A stretch of DNA of 61,836 nucleotides, filler included. It is 4 parts of 4 records of this genome, joined end to end, with 100 filler letters (N's around TTAATTAATTAA, not from the genome) between each part and the next. Parts side by side here need not be neighbours in the genome. Positions count along the whole stretch, not along the records: positions 42,072 to 55,446 come from DRR378314_1430; positions 55,547 to 61,836 come from DRR378314_1437; 2 more parts are not named here. One strand, 5' to 3'. Both the position numbers and the translations under genes were made by a program. The notes beneath the pieces are model-generated. The model did no database searches. It was given only the letters and a program-made list of their open reading frames with translations, and was not told where the DNA came from. Shown here in pieces: positions 48,531 through 57,997 of this stretch (its first letter is position 1; every line of letters starts with the position of its first letter).

Positions 48531-49313
48531 GTGCTGAAAAGGCCTTTCTTTGCCTTGCATGGAGGCTGGCTTGCCGGAGTGCTGGTCAGCGGTACGCTAA
48601 TGGCAAGTGATGAGACAGTCGATCAAGCGGCCCAGAGTGTCGAGGCCCAGCAAGCGCAGTCCGCACTTCAGCAGCAAATTGATGAGGCTGATGACGCCAC
48701 GCGTTCAGCGATTGAAGAGCTGCGCCGCCTAGAGCGGGAAACCCGCCAGATGGAAACATCCAATGCTGCTTTAAGTGGTCGTCTGGCCAGTGAAGCCGAG
48801 CGTCTGCAGCGCCTTGGCCAGGCGCTCGATACGTTGAGCGACACGCGCGCCGCGCTGCCTGCTGTTGAGCAGGACATGACTGAGCAGCTAATCAGTTGGA
48901 TCGAATCTGACCTGCCGTTTCTGAAAACCGAGCGTTTGGCGCGTGTTCAACCCACTGAGCAGCAACCGTCAGAAAGTGCGGCGCGGATTGCCAATTTGCT
49001 GGAAGCTTGGCGTGCCGAGTTAGCGTATGGCCGTGAAGTGGATAGCTGGCGTGGTCGTTTGCAATTAGCAGAAGGTAATCCGCGTGAAGTGGACTATTTG
49101 CGCATTGGCCGAATCGGCTTTTATTACCTAACCCCTGATGGTCGAGAAGGGGGCGTGTGGGATAAGGCGAGCGGTGAGTGGCAGGTGCTTGATGAAAGTG
49201 CTCGCCGCGAGGTGCGTAACGGTCTACGTATTGCTGACGATCAGCGCACGCCAGAGCTGCTGCGTCTACCGCTTTCCATTATTGCTAATGACCACGCAGG
49301 GGGCCAGCAATGA
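48531..49313 (+). CDS. DUF3450 / TtpB-like periplasmic coiled-coil protein
   Basis: Signal peptide, coiled coil, DLPF..ER, E..YG, VDYLRIGRIG. Confidence 0.85.
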   Translation: MLKRPFFALHGGWLAGVLVSGTLMASDETVDQAAQSVEAQQAQSALQQQIDEADDATRSAIEELRRLERETRQMETSNAALSGRLASEAERLQRLGQALDTLSDTRAALPAVEQDMTEQLISWIESDLPFLKTERLARVQPTEQQPSESAARIANLLEAWRAELAYGREVDSWRGRLQLAEGNPREVDYLRIGRIGFYYLTPDGREGGVWDKASGEWQVLDESARREVRNGLRIADDQRTPELLRLPLSIIANDHAGGQQ

Positions 49314-50680
49314 GTCTGTTAACACGCCAGCGAGGCGCGCGCAGAAGCATCATCTGTTTTGCATTACTGGCAAGCCTTTTGGGCGGCAGTATGGCAATGG
49401 CGCAGACTGACAGCGTTGGTTCGTTACGTGAAGCTCGCGAAGCCGCTGAGGCGCGTGACCAAGCGCGCTTGCAGTCGTTCCTAGATGATCAAGAAGCGTT
49501 GGATGAGGCACTAGCAGAGGCGCGGGCTGAGCATCAAGCTGCGGAAGAACAGCAAGTCGCATTAGCCGCGCAGCAGCAGGAACAAGCGCAACAGGCTCAA
49601 GCGCTGGCCGCGCGCCAGGAAGAGCAGGGCGAAGCGCTAACCTCGCTACTGGCGGATCTGTCACGGCACAGCGAAGAGGTACGTAACGAGCTAGGTGGTG
49701 ACAGCTGGTTAACGCTGGATGCTGATGCGTTACCACCGCGTCTCAATGAGATCGAGGTGCTGGAGCGTCAACAAATCGAAACTGTCGTGGACAGTTTAGC
49801 GACGCTAACGCTGAGCACTGGGCGTGCCGAGCGCCTTGAATTACCGGTGGCCGATGCCAGTGGCGAGATTGAATCGAGAAGCGTTGTGCGCTTGGGTGAT
49901 TTTGCAGCGTTTACTGACACAGCGTTGCTCAGCAAAGGCCAGGATGATGGTGGCTTGGCTGAAGTGCCGAATACTCCTGCTGAAATCAGCGATGTGCTGG
50001 CGGCCTATCATCAAGGTCAAAGCCGTGTATTTGCCATTGATCCTACCCAAGGCAGCGTGCTGCAAGCTCTCGCTCAACAGCCAAGTCTTTGGGAGCGATT
50101 TCAACAGGGTGGTTATGTCGGTTACGTCGTGGTCGCGCTGGGTGGTTTTGGCCTATTAGTGGCATTGGCGCAGTATCTTTACCTGGTCGTCGTCAGTGCG
50201 CGGGTGCGACGTCAGCGTAAGACGCTGGATCAACCGAATGCTAATAACCCGCTGGGTCGCGTGCTTCAGCGTTTCCAGGAGTTGGATAAGCACCAAACAC
50301 CGGAAGCACTGGAAGCAAGGCTAGATGAGTCAGTATTGGCTGAACTACCGCGCATTGAGCGTGGCCAGCCGATTGTTAAGCTGCTGGCAGCCGTGGCACC
50401 GCTGCTGGGTCTGTTGGGCACAGTGACCGGCATGATTGTTACCTTTCAGGCGATTACCGTGTTTGGCACCGGCGACCCGCAGCTAATGGCGGGTGGTATT
50501 AGTCAGGCGCTGGTAACAACGGTGTTGGGTCTTGTAACAGCAGTGCCGCTACTATTTGCTCAGACGGCCTTAGCGAGTCGCAGTCGCTTGATTACCCAGG
50601 CCATTGAAGGTGAAGCAAGTGCCACCTTAGCTGACCATCTTGAAGCGCAGTCGACGGCTAATGCGCAAGCGGTGACCTAA
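49310..50680 (+). CDS. TtpC-like long MotA/TolQ/ExbB proton-channel protein
   Basis: IDPT.G, APLLGLLGTVTGMI.TF, MAGGISQALVTT. Confidence 0.88.
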   Translation: MSLLTRQRGARRSIICFALLASLLGGSMAMAQTDSVGSLREAREAAEARDQARLQSFLDDQEALDEALAEARAEHQAAEEQQVALAAQQQEQAQQAQALAARQEEQGEALTSLLADLSRHSEEVRNELGGDSWLTLDADALPPRLNEIEVLERQQIETVVDSLATLTLSTGRAERLELPVADASGEIESRSVVRLGDFAAFTDTALLSKGQDDGGLAEVPNTPAEISDVLAAYHQGQSRVFAIDPTQGSVLQALAQQPSLWERFQQGGYVGYVVVALGGFGLLVALAQYLYLVVVSARVRRQRKTLDQPNANNPLGRVLQRFQELDKHQTPEALEARLDESVLAELPRIERGQPIVKLLAAVAPLLGLLGTVTGMIVTFQAITVFGTGDPQLMAGGISQALVTTVLGLVTAVPLLFAQTALASRSRLITQAIEGEASATLADHLEAQSTANAQAVT

Positions 50681-50681
50681 T

Positions 50682-51224
50682 ATGCCCACGTTACCTCTTT
50701 GGCTTGAGCCCGTTGAGCGGCTGCTTGATGCCGGTGGTGCCGTTTTAGTGGTGCTGGCATTCGTTGCCGTGTTGGTGTTTGGGATGGCAATTGAGCGCTG
50801 GTGGTATTACCGCTTTAGTTGGCGGCGTGCCCGTCGCCAACTGATTCGTCGCTGGGCGGCACGCAGTGATCACCGTAGCTGGAGTGCACGCACGCTACGC
50901 AATGTCTGGACAGAGGCGCTGGTTGCTAAGCTACGCCGCCCGTTGCCATGGATCAAGCTGCTGGTAGCGCTATGCCCACTGCTAGGCTTACTGGGTACTG
51001 TCACCGGTATGATTACCGTGTTCGATAGCCTTTCTCTTAGTGATACTCATCAGGCGCGGGCCATGGCCGACGGTGTTGCCCGTGCCACGCTGCCCACGCT
51101 AACCGGCATGGCAATTGCTGTGGTGGGGTTGCTGTTTATTAGTCGTTTAGAGCACGTGATTCGTCGCGAAGACCAGCGGTTACACGACCGCTTAGCCCGT
51201 GCCTTGGAGGAGAATGATGCGTAG
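50682..51224 (+). CDS. exbB: ExbB
   Basis: CPLLGLLGTVTGMI, MADGVARATLPT. Confidence 0.85.
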   Translation: MPTLPLWLEPVERLLDAGGAVLVVLAFVAVLVFGMAIERWWYYRFSWRRARRQLIRRWAARSDHRSWSARTLRNVWTEALVAKLRRPLPWIKLLVALCPLLGLLGTVTGMITVFDSLSLSDTHQARAMADGVARATLPTLTGMAIAVVGLLFISRLEHVIRREDQRLHDRLARALEENDA

Positions 51225-51624
51225 ACGCCGTTCCATAGACACCACGGCTGATAGTAATGAAGTTAACCTAACGCCGATGCTGGACGTTGTCTTTATCATG
51301 CTGATCTTCTTTATTGTGACGACCAGCTTCATTAAAGAGAGCGGTGTTGAGATTGAGCGCCCCGAAGCGGCAGCGGCAAGCCCGCGCCCCGATGCACAGG
51401 TGCTGATTGCTGTGACGCCGGAGGGGGCTGTTTGGGTCGATGGAAAGCCAGTCGATGTGCATCGTATCGGCCAGCAGGTTGCCGGCATGTTGAGTGATGA
51501 TGGCTCCGTTGTTATCCAGGCTGACCGGGAATCCACGACTGGCTTGTTGATTGAAGTGATGGATCGCCTTAAGCAGGCGGGTGTTGACCAGATCGCCGTG
51601 GCAGCGAGCCGGAGTGCACCATGA
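51217..51624 (+). CDS. exbD: ExbD
   Basis: NLTPMLDVVFIMLIFFIVT, IQAD; RBS GGAGG at 51206. Confidence 0.92.
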   Translation: MRRRRSIDTTADSNEVNLTPMLDVVFIMLIFFIVTTSFIKESGVEIERPEAAAASPRPDAQVLIAVTPEGAVWVDGKPVDVHRIGQQVAGMLSDDGSVVIQADRESTTGLLIEVMDRLKQAGVDQIAVAASRSAP

Positions 51625-52388
51625 TTCGTCATGTTCTTTCGATACTGGGCGGCATTGCCTTAGCCGTTGGCTTGTTTTGGATGTTAGCGCTACTGGTAAC
51701 GCCCCCGGAGCGTTCGCCTGAGACGCCGATCATGACCATGTCGATGACCATGATAGAAGCGCCAGAGATGGCGCAAGAGCAGGAGGCGCCGCCGCCGGCG
51801 TCTTCAGAGGTAGCGCCAGTAACACCGCCGCCGATGCCTATGCCAGCGCCGGCACCTATCGCTGAGAGTGCGATTGCGCTACCTGAGGTAGAGCTTCCTG
51901 ACGAGCCAGTGGAACCGGTTGAGTTGGAGAGTGAGTTACCAGAGCTGACTGAGATTACTCCCGAACCCACCCCGCAGCCCGCGCCGAAGCCGTCTCCACG
52001 ACCAGCGCCGCAACCTGACCCTGCGCCACAGCCAGCAGAAACGGCAGCGCCTTCTCCTGCGTCTTCGACAGCGCAGCGAGAGGCCGCGCCAGTGGCAGAG
52101 CCGGCGCCATCGAATGAGCCTGTCAGTGTCGGGCAAGTTGCCCCGACCAGTCGCGTGAATCCTTCTTATCCGCCGCGTGCTCAGCGGCGGGGCATGGAAG
52201 GCTTTGTTGAGGTGGAGTTTGTTATTCGCCGAGATGGTAGCGTCGATAACGGCACGATTCGCGTGACGCGGGCGCAGCCGAGGCGAGTGTTTGAAGATGC
52301 AGCCCGCGAAGCGATCGCGCGCTGGCAGTTCGAACCCGGTCAGCAGCTTCGTCGCGCCACGCAGCGCATTGAGTTCCAGTTGAGATAG
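51621..52388 (+). CDS. tonB: TonB
   Basis: N-terminal TM, Pro-rich linker, YPPRAQRRGMEGFV, WQFEP. Confidence 0.92.
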   Translation: MIRHVLSILGGIALAVGLFWMLALLVTPPERSPETPIMTMSMTMIEAPEMAQEQEAPPPASSEVAPVTPPPMPMPAPAPIAESAIALPEVELPDEPVEPVELESELPELTEITPEPTPQPAPKPSPRPAPQPDPAPQPAETAAPSPASSTAQREAAPVAEPAPSNEPVSVGQVAPTSRVNPSYPPRAQRRGMEGFVEVEFVIRRDGSVDNGTIRVTRAQPRRVFEDAAREAIARWQFEPGQQLRRATQRIEFQLR

Positions 52389-52493
52389 CCCGTTGAGATA
52401 GCCGTTGAGTTAGTCCGTTGGAACAGCTCGTTGGAATAGTTCGTTGGAATGGTTCGTTGGAATGGTTCGTTGAGTCAGTCCATTGAAAATGCC
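52378..52493 (+). repeat. Degenerate ~13-bp tandem repeat (cgttgRRWYRGYY), 8-9 units
   Basis: agttgagatagcc cgttgagatagc cgttgagttagtc cgttggaacagct cgttggaatagtt cgttggaatggtt cgttggaatggtt cgttgagtcagtc cattgaaaatgcc. Confidence 0.85.
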
Positions 52494-52508
52494 AGTCGAG
52501 GAAAGAGT

Positions 52509-53609
52509 ATGCAGCGTTGGGTGGGAATCGTCGTATTAAGCGCGCTAAGCGTAATGGCGCACGCGAACGAACCGCTGCCGGGTGACATTGTTCGCGATCT
52601 TAATGGGTTACAAAGCCAATTAGCTGAGCAGCCCAGCGGCGAGGCTGATAGCGATGTGCTCAACCGTATTGCGCGACATGCGCGATCCCAGGCAGAGCGC
52701 CTCGCTGGCGGCAATCGTGCGGACCAGTGGGCAAGTGCGCTCTATCATCAGCTCGCTGCGAGTGCGTTGGTGCGTCAAGGTGATCACGTTGCGGCAGCTG
52801 ATGAGTTAGCCAGCGCACGGCAGCGCCCTAGCGTGCCTAGCAGCCAAATTTTGCGCTGGCTGCGTGATGAGGCGTCGCTGCGTCGCGCAGGTAACCAGCG
52901 TACTGAAGCCATCACGCTATATGAGCAGTGGCTCACTCAATCCCAGGGCAGTCCTCACTACGATGAATCGGCATGGCGGCTGATTCGCTTATTGGCGGAA
53001 GTGGAGCGCTGGGATGACGCCGCTGAATGGCTGTTCCCGCTACTGCAAAAAGGTGGATTGACTGACGCGCAGCAGGCACTAACCACGGTGGTGTTACGCA
53101 ATGCGGGACAAAACGAGCAAGCTCTCGGTTGGCTAGTGGGTGATTTGAATGCGCAGAGCGAGCCTGATGCTTGGCGTCAGGCGGCAGGGCTTGCCCAGCA
53201 AGCAGGCCAGGCTGGTGTGGCGGCTGGCGTGTGGGAGATGGCATGGCAGCTGGGGAAGTTCACCACGACTGAAGATCGCTTAACGTTAATTCGTCTGCAT
53301 TTAGCGGGTGGTACGCCAGCTAGGGCAGGCGAGCACTTGGAAGCGGCTATTCAAGAAGGTGTGTTGGAGCGTGATGAAGAAACGTTACGGCTGCTGGCGG
53401 GGGCGTGGCAGCAGGCTAGGCATGTTGATAAGGCGTTAAGCGCTTGGAGAGCGCTTGCTGAGAACACTCAGCAAGCGGAAGACTGGCGGCAGTATGGACA
53501 GCTGGCTTATCGCTGGGGGCAAGATGGTCAGGCCGAGGAAGCGCTTATCAAGGCGGCGAATCTTGGTGACGATCAGGCAGAGCAGTGGTTGGCGAATTTT
53601 GAGGAGTGA
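52509..53609 (+). CDS. Periplasmic TPR-like helical-repeat protein (TtpD-like)
   Basis: RBS GAGGA, signal peptide AHA-N, Ala/Leu helical repeats, last gene of the TonB operon. Confidence 0.78.
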   Translation: MQRWVGIVVLSALSVMAHANEPLPGDIVRDLNGLQSQLAEQPSGEADSDVLNRIARHARSQAERLAGGNRADQWASALYHQLAASALVRQGDHVAAADELASARQRPSVPSSQILRWLRDEASLRRAGNQRTEAITLYEQWLTQSQGSPHYDESAWRLIRLLAEVERWDDAAEWLFPLLQKGGLTDAQQALTTVVLRNAGQNEQALGWLVGDLNAQSEPDAWRQAAGLAQQAGQAGVAAGVWEMAWQLGKFTTTEDRLTLIRLHLAGGTPARAGEHLEAAIQEGVLERDEETLRLLAGAWQQARHVDKALSAWRALAENTQQAEDWRQYGQLAYRWGQDGQAEEALIKAANLGDDQAEQWLANFEE

Positions 53610-53678
53610 AGTGACAAGCCCACAGTAGACGCCCCTCGAATAACGTAAGGGGCATACGTGTGTTTGGCTTGTTTGCGC

Positions 53679-54512
53679 TTAGTCTGTCTGGGCAAGCGTC
53701 AGCGCAAAATCACTCCAGGTAGGAGCGTGATCGGAAGGTCGCTCCATGCCGCGCAGTTCATAATCAATGCCTGCACCGGTGACGCATTCGGCAAGCGATT
53801 TAGACACCAGAATGTAGTCAATGCGCAGGCCGCGTTTTGGCTCGCGGTCAAAACCTTTTGAGCGATAGTCAAACCAGCTGAACCACTCACTGTTATCTGG
53901 GTGGCACAGCCGATAGCTGTCGCTAAGGCCCCACGCTTTTATACCTTCAAGCCATTCTCGCTCGATAGGCTGAAAGCTGGCTTTGCCCTCGCGCAACCAG
54001 CGTTTGCGGCTCGGTTCACCAATGCCAATATCCTGATCTTCCGGCGATATGTTGAAATCCCCCATGATCGCCAGTTGCTCTTCAGGATGGTGCTGGTTTT
54101 GTAGCAGGCTTGCCAACTGCCGATAGAAGCGCGCTTTATGTGGGAATTTAGTTGGGTGTTCAACGTTTTCACCCTGGGGGAAGTAGCCATTCCAAACAGT
54201 GACCGGTTCACCATTATCGGCTAGTAACCGCACGCCAATCATCCGGCGTTGGGCGTCTTCCTCATCATCAGGGAAGCCATAAAATACCGCTTGGGGTTTT
54301 TGCCGACACATTAAGGCAACCCCGTAATGGCCTTTTTGACCGTAATAAAAAACGTGATAGCCCATGGCTTCAACGTCAGCCAGAGGAAACTCACTGTCTT
54401 GTACTTTGGTTTCCTGTAGGCCAATGACGTCTGGCTGCTGCGTATCAATCAGCGCTTGAAGCTGATGAAGCCGTGCCCGAATGCCGTTGATATTAAACGA
54501 GACCAAACGCAT
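53679..54512 (-). CDS. xthA: Exodeoxyribonuclease III
   Basis: SFNINGIRAR, LQETK, GDFN, WFDYR, RIDY, SDHAP. Confidence 0.95.
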   Translation of the reverse strand: MRLVSFNINGIRARLHQLQALIDTQQPDVIGLQETKVQDSEFPLADVEAMGYHVFYYGQKGHYGVALMCRQKPQAVFYGFPDDEEDAQRRMIGVRLLADNGEPVTVWNGYFPQGENVEHPTKFPHKARFYRQLASLLQNQHHPEEQLAIMGDFNISPEDQDIGIGEPSRKRWLREGKASFQPIEREWLEGIKAWGLSDSYRLCHPDNSEWFSWFDYRSKGFDREPKRGLRIDYILVSKSLAECVTGAGIDYELRGMERPSDHAPTWSDFALTLAQTD

Positions 54513-54760
54513 TACGAACGATCTCCTGAAGGGTTGTCTCCTTCTTTATCAGGATGGATGGCAATATTCTGTCCGTCTTGCTGGCGTGCCAGTTTACGCA
54601 CGGCTTGAAGCTTGCGTTGTTGCTGTTTCTTAGCCACAAAGCGGCGTGAAGGAGCCACTTGGTCAGGGTTGTCATGGCGCCATTTTTTGTAATCTTTGCG
54701 GCGACCAGTGCGGATAGTTACCTTATCCGCTAGCGAACGAGTTTTTTTCTTACGCGTCAT
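54512..54760 (-). CDS. Small, highly basic hypothetical protein
   Basis: RBS AAGGAG; stop overlaps xthA start (TAATG); Lys/Arg-rich. Confidence 0.7.
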   Translation of the reverse strand: MTRKKKTRSLADKVTIRTGRRKDYKKWRHDNPDQVAPSRRFVAKKQQQRKLQAVRKLARQQDGQNIAIHPDKEGDNPSGDRS

Positions 54761-54905
54761 GTCGCGCTCCTTGGGTTAATTTATGCCTCATTCTAACAGG
54801 CAAGCGCACTCCTTCGACAGCAGGACGCGCTCTTATCGCCAACCCCTGGTACAATGCGCACTTCGTGATGCCTAACATCCACAGCAATGGACAGATACAC
54901 AGCCT

Positions 54906-55446
54906 ATGAGCGAGTCGGAACAGACCACAGCATCGGCCCAGAACCGCAAGCCTAAACGCCGCCGTCGGAAGCCGCGTCGTCGTCAATCGAACTGGGATCT
55001 TCGTCAGTTTCAGGTGCCCGCCGTTGCCGGCAAGTGGCGCTTCCATGACTTTGATTTGCCGCTGCCTTTAATGCGTGCCATTCATGCCCAAGGGTTTGAA
55101 TACTGCACGCCTATTCAGTCAGAGGCGCTGCGTCACACGTTGCTGGGTGGCGATATTGTCGGCAAGGCGCAAACAGGCACCGGAAAAACCGCCGCCTTTT
55201 TGATCTCGGTAATGGCTTATTTTCTGGAAGAGCCGACCCCTGATGGCCAAAAACAAGGCGCACCCCGTGCGTTGATTATTGCGCCTACCCGGGAGCTGGC
55301 ACTGCAAATTGAAAAAGATGCTAAAGCGCTTGCTCGCTTCACGCAGCTCAATGTGGCCAGTGTTGTCGGCGGCATGGACTATCAAAAGCAGCGCGACAGC
55401 TTGGGTAAGAAGATCGATATTCTGGTGGCAACACCCGGTCGCTTAC
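54906..55446 (+). CDS. rhlB: DEAD-box RNA helicase, RhlB-like (3'-truncated)
   Basis: [34 protein letters not shown]. Confidence 0.8.
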
Positions 55447-55546
55447 NNNNNNNNNNNNNNNNNNNNNNNNNNNNNNNNNNNNNNNNNNNNTTAATTAATT
55501 AANNNNNNNNNNNNNNNNNNNNNNNNNNNNNNNNNNNNNNNNNNNN
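55447..55546. other. Artificial contig-join spacer
   Basis: N-run, TTAATTAATTAA, N-run. Confidence 0.97.
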
Positions 55547-55867
55547 GATGTTGATCTTGTATTCCAGCGTTGTGTAGACCGAGCCCTTCGGCACCCGGGT
55601 CATCACCGCACAGGCCATGGCGCTGTCCAGCAAGGTGCCGTACCAGCCCCCGTGCACCGTGCCCATCGGGTTGGTGACGTTGAATTCGGGGGTGCCGCGA
55701 AACACCACGCGACCGGCGGTCACGCTCGTCAAATGGTAGCCCATGGTCTCGCCGATGGGCGGGCCGGGCAGGCGGCCCTCGAGGATGCCGGTCATGAAGT
55801 CGAGGCCGGAGATCGTAGCGATCTCGGCCATCGGCATCAGATCATTTGGGGATGTTGCAACCGCCAT
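55547..55867 (-). CDS. PaaI-family hot-dog thioesterase (3'-truncated)
   Basis: NPMGTVHGGW..LLDSAMACA, TTLEYKIN. Confidence 0.88.
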
Positions 55868-55925
55868 GGCGTCCTCCTGTCAGCGTTGCGCGCAGGCTAG
55901 GAGGACGCCGGGGCGTCAACAAGTC

Positions 55926-56801
55926 TTACGCAACGTTCTCGAGGCGCACCTTCGAGGTCACGCCAAGCGCATGGCAGACATCGCGGGTCAGTTCGGGACG
56001 GTTGAGCGTGTAGAAATGCAGCTTCTTGACGCCGCCCTCCAGCAACTCGGTGCAAAGCTCGCTGCACAGTGCGGTCGCCAGGAGGTCACAGCGATCATCG
56101 CGCGCGGCCTTCTCGAACGCCTCGTCGAGCCAGGCCGGGATCGTGGTGCCACAGGCCTCGGCAAAGCGGCGCACGCCTTTCCAGTTCTCAATGGGCAGGA
56201 TGCCCGGCGTGATGCGATCCGTGTCGAGACCCGCCTTGGCGCAGGCATCGCGAAAGCGAAAGAAGCTCTCGGGCTCAAAGAAGAACTGGGTCAGCGCCTC
56301 ATCCGCGCCCGCATCAAGCTTGCGCTTCAGCCACTCCACGTTGGCCTGCTGGCTGGCAGCCTCCGGGTGGCTTTCCGGATAGGCGCCGACGCGCAGGTTG
56401 AATTTCCCTTTCGCAGCCAATGCCTCGATCAGTTCAACAGAAGAGCCAAACCCATCCCTCGTGGGCGTGAAGCGGCCCTGTTCTTTGGGCGGGTCGCCCC
56501 GCAGGGCGACGATGTCGGTGATCCCCGCCTCGGCATATTGGTCCGCAATATCAAGCGTTTCCTGACGGGTTGCGGACACGCAGGTCAAATGCGCGGCAAC
56601 CTTGAGGCCGGAGTTTTTGTGCAGCGTGGTCACTGCGTCGCGGGTGAGTTCACGGGTGGTGCCGCCCGCGCCATAGGTGACGGAGACGAACCGCGGTGCC
56701 AGCGGTGCCAGGGATTGAACCGTGTCCCAGAGCCGGAAGGAGGCCTCCAGGTTCTTGGGCGGGAAGAATTCAAAGGAAATCTCGGGCGTGGTCACTGTCA
56801 C
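55926..56801 (-). CDS. metF: 5,10-methylenetetrahydrofolate reductase
   Basis: SFEFFPPK, VSVTYGAGG, AHLTC, ALRGDPP, TQFFF, HFYTLN. Confidence 0.96.
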   Translation of the reverse strand: MTVTTPEISFEFFPPKNLEASFRLWDTVQSLAPLAPRFVSVTYGAGGTTRELTRDAVTTLHKNSGLKVAAHLTCVSATRQETLDIADQYAEAGITDIVALRGDPPKEQGRFTPTRDGFGSSVELIEALAAKGKFNLRVGAYPESHPEAASQQANVEWLKRKLDAGADEALTQFFFEPESFFRFRDACAKAGLDTDRITPGILPIENWKGVRRFAEACGTTIPAWLDEAFEKAARDDRCDLLATALCSELCTELLEGGVKKLHFYTLNRPELTRDVCHALGVTSKVRLENVA

Positions 56802-56915
56802 TGTCTCCTCGGGGGGCCGGTAGGGCCGAAAATGGGCGTTCTGCGCACGGGGTGTCGCATTGCGGCTGGTAAGCGTCGCAAGTCGTTTGACCCCTTGTCA
56901 CACGAGAGATAAGAG

Positions 56916-56928
56916 TGAAGCAAATTCA
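56916..56928. promoter_or_regulatory. MetR binding site
   Basis: TGAA-GCAAA-TTCA matches TGAA-N5-TTCA, between divergent metF and metR. Confidence 0.7.
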
Positions 56929-56962
56929 TATTTCTCAAGAACAACATGAGGTGAACCACAGG

Positions 56963-57868
56963 ATGCATATCGAATTCCGTCACCTTCGCACGATCAAGGC
57001 GATCCACGAGGCGGGCGGCATGGCGCGTGCGGCCGATCAGCTGAACATCACCCAGAGCGCGCTGAGCCACCAGATCAAGGGTCTGGAGGAGCAAACCGGG
57101 GTGGAGCTGTTCCAGCGGCGCTCCAAGCCGATGAAACTGTCAGCGGCCGGCATGCGATTGCTGCGGCTGGCAGAGCAGATCCTGCCGCAAATCGAGGCGG
57201 CACAGGCGGAATTTGCGGCCCTGCGCGAAGGTGAGGCCGGGCGGTTGCATATCGCCATCGAATGCCACGCCTGTTTTGAGTGGCTGTTTCCGGTACTGGA
57301 GTCCTTCCGCAAGAGCTGGGGCGATGTGGATGTGGACATCCGGCCCGGTCTCGCGTTCGAGGCGATGCCGGCCCTGAAGCGTGAGGAGGTCGACCTGGTG
57401 GTCTCCTCCGATCCCGAGGAAATGCCGGGCGTCACCTTCATCGAACTGTTCGACTATAGCCCGGTCTTTGTCGCCTCGGCGCAGCATCCGTTGGCGAAGA
57501 AGCCTTTTGTGGAGGCCGAGGATTTTCGTGGCCAGACACTGATCACCTACCCGGTGGAGCGCACGCGGCTGGACATCTTCAGTCAGCTGTTGATCCCGGC
57601 GGGGGTGGAACCTGCGGGCATCCGCAAGGTCGAGCTGACGGCGGTGATCCTGCTGCTGGTCGCGTCGAACCGCGGGGTGTCGGTGCTGCCGGACTGGGTG
57701 GTGCGCGAGGTGAAGTATTCCTCCGATTACGTCACACGCCCCCTGACCGAGGCGGGGATCACACGTCGTCTTTATGCCGCTATCCGAACAGAGGATGAGG
57801 CAAAGCCCTACATGCAGGAGCTGATCCGTCTGGCGCGTGTCGAGGCACGCAAGCTTCAGACGCAGTGA
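56963..57868 (+). CDS. metR: LysR-family regulator MetR
   Basis: LNITQSALSHQIK, IAIECHACFEWL, YPVERTRLD; divergent from metF. Confidence 0.9.
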   Translation: MHIEFRHLRTIKAIHEAGGMARAADQLNITQSALSHQIKGLEEQTGVELFQRRSKPMKLSAAGMRLLRLAEQILPQIEAAQAEFAALREGEAGRLHIAIECHACFEWLFPVLESFRKSWGDVDVDIRPGLAFEAMPALKREEVDLVVSSDPEEMPGVTFIELFDYSPVFVASAQHPLAKKPFVEAEDFRGQTLITYPVERTRLDIFSQLLIPAGVEPAGIRKVELTAVILLLVASNRGVSVLPDWVVREVKYSSDYVTRPLTEAGITRRLYAAIRTEDEAKPYMQELIRLARVEARKLQTQ

Positions 57869-57997
57869 TCGGCGCGCGTTGCGGCGCGATGCGCATGCCG
57901 GGCCGTCAGGCCCGGCATGCGCGGGTCCGATCCGTCAGGATCGGAAGCCGCTCAGGGCGGAGTGGTCTGTATTGCGCGACAGATCGGCAGTCCGCGA

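Noticed and set aside
52378-52493. CRISPR array
   Set aside because: Contiguous 13-bp units without spacers, and no cas genes.
55878-55902. SAH-riboswitch-like words (AGCGTTGC...CAGGCT) near metF
   Set aside because: Wrong strand and downstream of metF, with no gene to control in that orientation.
55743-56912. 389-aa plus-strand ORF (also 59094-60092 minus and similar)
   Set aside because: Antisense shadows of metF and suhB in GC-rich DNA, with no protein motifs.
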